64,000 nt of DNA from IMG/VR virus record IMGVR_UViG_3300034044_000040, positions 21,341-85,340 of that record; one strand, written 5' to 3'. Below, in pieces: positions 18,145 to 25,439 of the stretch (position 1 is the stretch's first letter; each line of letters opens with the position of its first letter). The DNA is from a virus. The translations under genes and the position numbers were made by a program. The notes below the pieces were generated by a model. It made no database searches and had not been told where the DNA came from. It worked only from the letters and a program-made list of their open reading frames with translations.

Positions 18145-19872
18145 ATGACTAACATTCCAACGACTACTACCATGACGCAAGAGCAAGCGGAGCAGCGTAA
18201 CGCTGATGCGTTCAACGAAAAGCTCCGCGTGCTTGACGCCGCAGCGTGTGGCGTCATCCTTTGCCGCACACGTGAACCACATCGCGCCATCGAGGCCGTT
18301 CGCAACTATGCGTTTTCCCGTGAAGGTATGGGATTTTCAAACTGGACGCCACTTTACGGATGGGAAACCTATGATCGGGCTGATCCACTGAAAGACCCGG
18401 ACACGGACGGTGAGCAGAACCCAGTGCCCGCCTTGCACAAAATCGGCGGCATCGGGTCGGGGCAGGGTATGCCCAACGGTTTCTATACCGTATTTTTCCC
18501 GCATTTCTGGCTCAAGGATAATGTGGGCGCACGGGTGCCAATCATCTATACGCTGAAAGAATACGTGCGCCTGTTCTCTGAGACAAAGCGCCGCCTCGTG
18601 CTGATCGCACCGGTCGGGTACACATTGCCCACAGAGATCGCGGAAGATGTCGTGGTTCTAGATTTCGATACACCCAGCTTTGCAGAATTGCGGGCCAGTC
18701 TCGATTTCCTTCTGGACACGCTGGCAAACAATCCGAACATCGGCGACGATAGCAAGCGCCGCGTCGTGGCCAAGGGTATCTCGAACATAAGCGACGAGGA
18801 CAAGCGCCGTATCGTGGCTGCGGGCATGGGCATGAGCCAGCAGGAATTCGAGACCGCAGTGAGCCGCGCCCTTGTCACATATCGCAGGCAGCTCCCTGCC
18901 CTTCCGATTGACGGCATCGTTGACGAGGTTATGTCGGTGAAAACCGAGGTGGTCAAACGCTCCGAGGTTCTTGAGGTCATGCCAACCACGGGCATGGATC
19001 AGGTCGGCGGGCTGGATAACCTGAAGGAATGGGTTGTGAAGCGCAGGGCGTGTTTCTCTACCGAGGCGAAAGAATTCGGCATTGAGGCACCGAAAGGGGC
19101 TGGTCTGTTCGGACCTCCGGGGACCGGCAAAAGCCTCAGCGCCAAGGCCATCGCGTCCTCACTCGGGCTGCCCCTGATCAAGTTTGACGTGGGCCGCGTG
19201 TTCCAGTCCCTTGTCGGGCAATCTGAGGAGCGTGTCAGGGCATCCCTGAAGATGCTCGACAGTCTCGCGCCCTGCGTCGTTTTGCTGGACGAGATTGACA
19301 AAGCCTTCCAAACCAACTCAGGCGGCGATAGCGGGGTATCCCAGCGCGTGCTCGGGGCCATCTTGACCCACATGCAGGAAAGTAGCTCCCCTATCTTCTG
19401 GGTGTTCTCAGCCAACCGTGTTGACCGGCTTCCACCTGAATTGCTGCGCAGGGGTCGCTTGGATGAAATATTCGCGGTCACGGTTCCGGACGAGGACGAG
19501 CGGCTGGAAATCCTGAAAATCCATCTGAACAAGCGCAAGCAAAAGGCGGATGATATTCCGGAACTCGACGCCGCCGTCGCAGCATCAGAAGGGTACGTGC
19601 CTGCGGAAATTGAACAGGCGGTCAAGGATGCGCTGATCGAGGCGTTCACCAACGGTGGAGCTATCACTGGACCACTGATCGCGGAGCAGCTGGCGAACAT
19701 GAAACCATTGTCTGAGGCGTTCGCGGAAGATTTCAACGCCATGCAGCAATGGGCGGAAAACAATGCACGCCCTGCGTCGGCGCGGATCAAGCGGGCCTTA
19801 CCGCTGGTTCGGGATCGCGCAAGCCGCCCCTCCTCAGCAGGTGGCGGGCGTGCGGTACAGATTGGGGCATAG
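18145..19872 (+). CDS. Ycf46-like AAA+ ATPase
   Basis: Degenerate N-terminal AAA-like domain (TREPHR), VGGLDNLKEW, Walker A GPPGTGKS, Walker B LLDEIDK, LPPELLRRGRLDEIF. Confidence 0.85.
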   Translation: MTNIPTTTTMTQEQAEQRNADAFNEKLRVLDAAACGVILCRTREPHRAIEAVRNYAFSREGMGFSNWTPLYGWETYDRADPLKDPDTDGEQNPVPALHKIGGIGSGQGMPNGFYTVFFPHFWLKDNVGARVPIIYTLKEYVRLFSETKRRLVLIAPVGYTLPTEIAEDVVVLDFDTPSFAELRASLDFLLDTLANNPNIGDDSKRRVVAKGISNISDEDKRRIVAAGMGMSQQEFETAVSRALVTYRRQLPALPIDGIVDEVMSVKTEVVKRSEVLEVMPTTGMDQVGGLDNLKEWVVKRRACFSTEAKEFGIEAPKGAGLFGPPGTGKSLSAKAIASSLGLPLIKFDVGRVFQSLVGQSEERVRASLKMLDSLAPCVVLLDEIDKAFQTNSGGDSGVSQRVLGAILTHMQESSSPIFWVFSANRVDRLPPELLRRGRLDEIFAVTVPDEDERLEILKIHLNKRKQKADDIPELDAAVAASEGYVPAEIEQAVKDALIEAFTNGGAITGPLIAEQLANMKPLSEAFAEDFNAMQQWAENNARPASARIKRALPLVRDRASRPSSAGGGRAVQIGA

Positions 19873-19880
19873 GTACCCTC

Positions 19881-19964
19881 ACGCGCCTGTCCCTTTCGAT
19901 GAATGGCAGGCGCGTGCGCCCCAATACCCGGTGGGAGCTAACCCCTCCCACCGGGGCCTTATTT
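19881..19964 (+). terminator. Two tandem GC-rich hairpins
   Basis: ACGCGCCTG/CAGGCGCGT stem and CCCGGTGGGAG/CTCCCACCGGG stem followed by gccttattt. Confidence 0.55.
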
Positions 19965-19985
19965 CCGATGTTATAGGAGGCCAAT

Positions 19986-20645
19986 ATGCTATTACACACG
20001 ACAACCGGGTCTGAGACCTTCGACACAGGGTCATGCAAGTACCAAGTCGTGGTCATGCCCACGAGAAATCTGAGGTTACCAAAAGAGGTGTTCATTTCCA
20101 TGGCTGCACGGTCACCGGGTAATGAATGTAATATACGGACCGCGAGGATGCAGAAGATAGCGGTGGTAGCGGGGTCCATGGTCGATTTCGGGACTTGGTG
20201 GCAGTCGGTATATGAGGTACCAGACGGCCTGATACTCAAGGTGTTCGGACAGCGAACCATGCGTGCAAGCTCATATGGTGCGCGTGGTGGTAACCTCACG
20301 CAAACGGGCGCGCTGTTAATCAAAACAAGAGCGGATGCAGCCCTGAGAAGTATTCAATGTCAGACGACCGGGAACACGCGCGCCACGTTCAGCGATGTCA
20401 GGATCGAGGGACGATTTGACGTATTGTCGCTCAGGGATGCGGTGCAACAAGGGGTGATCATAAACATGTCCTATGCAAAACAGTTCGTTGCACATCAGGA
20501 TATTGCTGCCCTGTTCAGGGAAACCCTGATGGATGCGGAGATCGCTGCCCCGGCACAGGCTGCAACGGTGACGGTTCGCAATGATGAAGGTAATGAGGTG
20601 CAGATAACGACAAGAAAACGACGCCGCGCCATAAATTTCGATTAA
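19986..20645 (+). CDS. Hypothetical protein
   Basis: AGGAGG RBS; 219 aa. Confidence 0.75.
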   Translation: MLLHTTTGSETFDTGSCKYQVVVMPTRNLRLPKEVFISMAARSPGNECNIRTARMQKIAVVAGSMVDFGTWWQSVYEVPDGLILKVFGQRTMRASSYGARGGNLTQTGALLIKTRADAALRSIQCQTTGNTRATFSDVRIEGRFDVLSLRDAVQQGVIINMSYAKQFVAHQDIAALFRETLMDAEIAAPAQAATVTVRNDEGNEVQITTRKRRRAINFD

Positions 20646-20653
20646 AATATGTC

Positions 20654-20681
20654 TTGCAAATAATCGTGGCCGTGGTATTAT
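20654..20681 (+). promoter_or_regulatory. Conserved phage promoter, copy 2
   Basis: TTGCAA-ataatcgtggccgtgg-TATTAT. Confidence 0.8.
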
Positions 20682-20713
20682 AAAGTATAGATCAGAGAGA
20701 AAGGAAAACATCT

Positions 20714-21181
20714 ATGTCACACACAACAACTCTTCGCGGGGTTCAGATCACGAACCCAACAGCCATTCAGCGTGCAGTCGCAGACCTTGTTAGTCAAGGC
20801 ATCCAGATCGAGCTTCTGGAAAACGCGACACCGCGCATGTATTACAAGCGCCAAGAAAACGAAATTGGCAAATGCGACTACGTGCTCAAAATCGCAAACT
20901 CACGCTATGACGTGGGGCTGAAGTGGAACGCCAAGGAAAAGCAGTACGACGCAATCATGGACACATGGGCCGGTGAGGTGGCTGGTCAAATTGGCGCGAC
21001 CTGCCCTGCACCCCGTGATGCGGGCAAACAAGGTGAGCACGCCATCGGAAAATTCACCCAGCGTTACCTCCTGCACGCCGCGAAGATTTCGGCGATGAAT
21101 GAGGGGTATTCCGTTATCGGTGAAAACATCGGTGATGATGGTGCCATCCAGCTGGAACTCGCAGTGGACAATTACGCATAG
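20714..21181 (+). CDS. DUF1257 (Ycf35-like) protein
   Basis: MSHTT..QI....IQRAVADL start; YDVGLKW..YDAIMDTW; QRY..A..EGYSV...DDGAIQL. Confidence 0.7.
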   Translation: MSHTTTLRGVQITNPTAIQRAVADLVSQGIQIELLENATPRMYYKRQENEIGKCDYVLKIANSRYDVGLKWNAKEKQYDAIMDTWAGEVAGQIGATCPAPRDAGKQGEHAIGKFTQRYLLHAAKISAMNEGYSVIGENIGDDGAIQLELAVDNYA

Positions 21182-21231
21182 TCAAAACTGACCGTGCGGA
21201 CAAATCGTAGATTAGAAAGAAGGATAACGAC

Positions 21232-21435
21232 ATGAAAACGATCACAGTGACAATTCCACAGTATGGATCACCAAAGGTGGAGGCCAATGGTTTTGACGGT
21301 GAGGGTTGTGCAGCCGCCACCAAGCCGATTGAACAGGCCCTGTCCGGAAACATCAAAGCTGATGTGGAATACAAGCCGGAATGGTCAAACCCGGAAACCC
21401 ACTCAGAGCATGAGGAGGAAACCCTGAAATGGTAA
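21232..21435 (+). CDS. DUF2997-like small protein
   Basis: ITVTI...G..KVEANGFDGEGC..AT..IEQAL..KPEW pattern; follows DUF1257. Confidence 0.75.
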   Translation: MKTITVTIPQYGSPKVEANGFDGEGCAAATKPIEQALSGNIKADVEYKPEWSNPETHSEHEEETLKW

Positions 21436-21776
21436 CGCAGGTGATCACGATCACTCGGGACGGGGTTCTGTCGGGTTTGCAAGTCAAACCCGGCAAGGGC
21501 TTGGACCTTCGCCAATTCGGAAAGGCAGATATAGTCCGCGCATCTGAAATCGCGTGGGATGGTGAAGTACAAGCGTGGTTCGTTGACGTCATACAGGAGG
21601 CCGGTCGGGGTAAACTCACAGTCGCCAAGTGGCGCAAGGCTGGATTGCAGGGTGATCCTGCTCACGCGAATAGCACTGAAGCTGATGATGAGGTATACAT
21701 GTTCGACGGTTACGACGACGCCGTGGCAGCAGAAATCGAGTATCTCAACGCGCTCCGGTGGCAGGGTATCTACTGA
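21429..21776 (+). CDS. Hypothetical protein coupled to DUF2997
   Basis: Overlapping start; LDL..G...IVRASEI.W..W.VD...AVAAEIEYL. Confidence 0.65.
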   Translation: MVTQVITITRDGVLSGLQVKPGKGLDLRQFGKADIVRASEIAWDGEVQAWFVDVIQEAGRGKLTVAKWRKAGLQGDPAHANSTEADDEVYMFDGYDDAVAAEIEYLNALRWQGIY

Positions 21777-22118
21777 TCCCGAAAACTTTTCGTTGCAACC
21801 CGTTGCATAATTCAAGACAGCCAAAGGGCACGACGGAAATGTACACAAGCTATGGGGAGTGCTGATAATGTGCTCCCCACATATGGTGTAAAGGGGAAAA
21901 TCTGATAAAATTTATACCGCTCACAAAATGATTGACGTATACCAAATTGTTGCACATAGTGGGCGACACCTGCCAGACATCCCGAACCGATACAGGGCAA
22001 AATAATTGGCAGGTATTCAACCTTAACAGAGCTGGGCGCGAACCCGTTCTGTAGCTAAAACGGCAGGATCACCCTGCATATGTATGAAGCACGGCCTTTC
22101 GCGGGCCATTGATAACGT

Positions 22119-23627
22119 ATGGGCACACCGATAATGAATAACACAGAGAGCGTCGTAATCAATTTTGATCCGATAGGGCCAACACGTGTTGGGGACAAAT
22201 TTGAAAGAGGGCTGTCGGGTGACAAGATAACACCCCTTGATCGCCAGAGCGTTGTGCAACATTTGAGCCGGGTGTGGAGAGCGCACCTCACACCCACAGA
22301 GGGATGGGTGATGTTGTATATCCTAGACAGATCAGTTGATTGGGGTAAACCCACATTTAAGGCGAGCCATGGCAACGTGATAAATGGTGCACCCGGATAT
22401 GCAGGCGTCGGCATGGGTAGATCAGCTTACCTCAGCGTGTTATCCTCTTTGGAGAAAAAAGGGGCCATTATCCGGAAGCCTTTGGCAAAATGCACAGAGA
22501 TCGGCATAAATTTTAAGTGGAACCCGGAGGATAAAACCATGTTGCTGCCCGTTCCAAAGCGCAAGCAGTCCGGAAAACAGGACGCCTCACCCGTCCGGAA
22601 AACCGGACTATACCCGTCCGGAAAACCGGACACAGAAGAAAGAGAGTTAAAGAAAGAAAGTACCCTTACCGGATCGCCTTCGGCTCACCGGGGTGGTTTT
22701 GAAAATTCTCTTTCCGGAAAAGACAAAAAACCAGAAATTTTGCCGGACGAAAATTGCAACCCGTTGCAGCGGGGCAAAGAGGCCACAGACACCATCCGGG
22801 ATCGGCTGACTACCATGCAATCTTCGATGACACGCAAAACAGTTGTGGCTGCGGAAGTCTCGAAAACAAAAAAGAAACCGAACGCCGCCGACATGGAGCG
22901 CGTGTTCGTGCTCGCAATGAAAGAAACTTTTCCAGACATCAACCACGTGCGGTGGGGCAAGGTTCAGAAGGCTAAGGTGAAACGTGCGATGGCTGCATAT
23001 TCTTTTGACAACACGATCACGCTTCCCGCTCTGATCGACTGGGGCGTCAGAAACTGGAAACCTCTGCTATCCGGACCCTTCAGTTTCATGACAAACGCCT
23101 GTGACGTGCCCTCGATAAATTATCTGCTGTCGGAGGGCGTGACCCGGCTTTTGGCCAGTGCATACGCGAGCAAATCCCTAAAGGCCCTCGCGAACGATTT
23201 TGAGGTGGACGAATTGACCCGCCTGAAGGCACGCGGCATGACTGAGGAAGAGGCCCTCGCACATATCGGCGAGGCCCGCGCGGCGCGCAGGATGCGTGAG
23301 GAGAACGAGAAAATAAAGCGGGATGCTGCAAATAAGCTGGCACAGGCTGCGGATAGAGAAGATCGCGCGGCGCGTCTTGAGGGTATCGGGGAAAAACTTC
23401 TGGAGGCTGGGGTGCCCGTCACTCCGGTTGCCGCGAAAAAACCGGGGCAGGTGTGGGGTGGTCAGGCCATACCGCATCCCGATAGTCCAGCGATGCGAGA
23501 AAAACGCAGACTTGCCCGTGCCTACACAGAGAGGGTTGAAACACCTGCACAAACAAGGACACCTCGCAAGTGGGAAGATGTGGTCGCATTGAGAAATGCT
23601 GCTCGGGGTACAAATCAAGATGACTGA
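22119..23627 (+). CDS. Putative replication initiator (N-terminal winged HTH, internal iterons)
   Basis: GMGRSAYLSVLSSLEKKGAI wHTH; internal direct repeats; upstream of loader and helicase. Confidence 0.6.
   Translation: MGTPIMNNTESVVINFDPIGPTRVGDKFERGLSGDKITPLDRQSVVQHLSRVWRAHLTPTEGWVMLYILDRSVDWGKPTFKASHGNVINGAPGYAGVGMGRSAYLSVLSSLEKKGAIIRKPLAKCTEIGINFKWNPEDKTMLLPVPKRKQSGKQDASPVRKTGLYPSGKPDTEERELKKESTLTGSPSAHRGGFENSLSGKDKKPEILPDENCNPLQRGKEATDTIRDRLTTMQSSMTRKTVVAAEVSKTKKKPNAADMERVFVLAMKETFPDINHVRWGKVQKAKVKRAMAAYSFDNTITLPALIDWGVRNWKPLLSGPFSFMTNACDVPSINYLLSEGVTRLLASAYASKSLKALANDFEVDELTRLKARGMTEEEALAHIGEARAARRMREENEKIKRDAANKLAQAADREDRAARLEGIGEKLLEAGVPVTPVAAKKPGQVWGGQAIPHPDSPAMREKRRLARAYTERVETPAQTRTPRKWEDVVALRNAARGTNQDD
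22568..22631 (+). repeat. Iteron-like direct repeats, candidate replication origin
   Basis: GTCCGGAAAACAGGAC (22568), ACCCGTCCGGAAAACCGGAC (22589 and 22612), followed by an A-rich tract. Confidence 0.65.
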
Positions 23628-24153
23628 GCTTGAAACCCATCATAGAAAATCGCTGACGGATGCCGGGATCGGGGCCGTGTATCACGATCAGGGGTTGTCC
23701 GATGCTGGCACGCAGGGCGAAACCCTGAAGAAATTTTTGATCAGCGGCGGCGGTGACGAAATGAAGTATCAGGGGGGCAGCCTCATGCTGCACGGGTATT
23801 CCCGCAATGCAGTCACACTTCTGGCACGGGCGCTTCACCTACACGGGTGTGGTGTTCGCATGGTCAGCCTATCAAAACTGGTCACGCTGCGCCGCCGCAA
23901 TAACGAGGCGTGGGAGGACATCGTGGATTGCAGGGCACTGTTCATCATTCCGGCGCAAACCAACCGTGACAATCCGCTATCCCCTTGGCAGGCAGACGAG
24001 ACGGAAGATTTCCTGCTCACCCGTGCACAGGGACAAAAATCCGTCGTCATGTGTTTCGATGACGCACTTCCAGAAAAACCTTGGTGGTCTGATGACTTCC
24101 TGAAATCACTTGCAAAATATGCAACCGTGATGAACGCCGGAGACAAAAAATGA
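23620..24153 (+). CDS. Degenerate DnaC/IstB-like helicase loader (putative)
   Basis: Between initiator and DnaB; AGIG start and SLMLHG strand, but no GKT/S. Confidence 0.45.
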   Translation: MTELETHHRKSLTDAGIGAVYHDQGLSDAGTQGETLKKFLISGGGDEMKYQGGSLMLHGYSRNAVTLLARALHLHGCGVRMVSLSKLVTLRRRNNEAWEDIVDCRALFIIPAQTNRDNPLSPWQADETEDFLLTRAQGQKSVVMCFDDALPEKPWWSDDFLKSLAKYATVMNAGDKK

Positions 24154-25439
24154 GTGCAGGTCTACAAACATTATCGGCCCTGATCACGACGCAAAGTCGC
24201 GACCTTTATCGGTCGATGACCACCAATTTTTTCGTTGAAGATGAGGTTCCAGCGTGGAATTTTTTCACGCAATATACGGATCGGTACGGGGCCTTCCCTT
24301 CCCTGCAAGTGATGCAGGAAAACGGGTTTCCTCTACCAGAACCCTCCGGCACCGCTCAGTATCATCGTGATCAGCTGCAAGATCGTTTCGCCTATAATCA
24401 TTGGATGCAACACAGCGAGGAATTTTTCCAGAGGGTGCAGGGTGGTTACATGTCAGAGGCCCGTGACATTCTAGAGGATATTCTGTTCGGATGGCGCGGC
24501 ATGGATACGGTGCGTGATACCTTCACCTTGCAGGATGCCATTTCCATGGTCGTCGAAGATTACCAGATAGCACGCGATCTACACGGGCAGCTGCGTGGTA
24601 TCACATATGGTTGGTCTGAACTGGATGACCGCACCGGCGGGTGCAGGGATGGGGACGTGGCCACCATTGTTGCGAGACCCGGCGCGGGGAAGACGTTCAC
24701 GATCCTCAAGATGGCAGCCCACGCATGGGAGCAGGGAAATCCCGTGGTTGTGGTATCCATGGAGATGAACGCAATAGAGATGGCACGCCGCATACTTTCC
24801 ATGGGATCGGGCGTGTCCGCAGACTTCATCCAACGCGGCACGCTGTCAGAGTGGGGTGAGGAGGTGATGATGGCCAGCGTCGAGCGTGTTGCAAACATGC
24901 CACCTTTTCACCTTTTGGTTGGTAACCTGACGAAATCGGTGCGCGACGTGGACATGCTGATCCAAGAGCACAGCCCACGGGCAGTGTATGTCGATGCAGG
25001 GTACCTGTTGAACCCGGCGGGGAAGAAGCCGGGTGCGAGGCGGTTTGAACTCGCAGCTGAGACCATACGCGAACTCAAAGACCTCGCGATGCGCCGCAGC
25101 AAGCCGATCATCCAGACCGTGCAATTCAATCGACAACAGAAACAAGATGAGGATATGAGCCTAGACAACATCGGGCAAACCGATGAGATCGGGCAAATAA
25201 GCTCACTCGTTCTGGGGATGAAAAAAGGGGCCGCGCCAAATGAGAGCACAAGGCGCAGATACACTGTCGTAAAAAACAGGCATGGTGAAGATTACTGGGG
25301 GTTTGAAACCAATTTCCAGCATTCCCCTTTCAACATGGATTTTATTGACGAAGGTGACGGTGGGGACAACGATCCTGACGGCGAGTATGACGGAACGCAG
25401 GGCGATCAGCCGGTCACAAATGAATGGAGCCGCGTATGA
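24150..25439 (+). CDS. dnaB: DnaB-like replicative helicase
   Basis: ARPGAGKT, SMEM, VYVD, QFNR, KNRHG. Confidence 0.9.
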   Translation: MSAGLQTLSALITTQSRDLYRSMTTNFFVEDEVPAWNFFTQYTDRYGAFPSLQVMQENGFPLPEPSGTAQYHRDQLQDRFAYNHWMQHSEEFFQRVQGGYMSEARDILEDILFGWRGMDTVRDTFTLQDAISMVVEDYQIARDLHGQLRGITYGWSELDDRTGGCRDGDVATIVARPGAGKTFTILKMAAHAWEQGNPVVVVSMEMNAIEMARRILSMGSGVSADFIQRGTLSEWGEEVMMASVERVANMPPFHLLVGNLTKSVRDVDMLIQEHSPRAVYVDAGYLLNPAGKKPGARRFELAAETIRELKDLAMRRSKPIIQTVQFNRQQKQDEDMSLDNIGQTDEIGQISSLVLGMKKGAAPNESTRRRYTVVKNRHGEDYWGFETNFQHSPFNMDFIDEGDGGDNDPDGEYDGTQGDQPVTNEWSRV

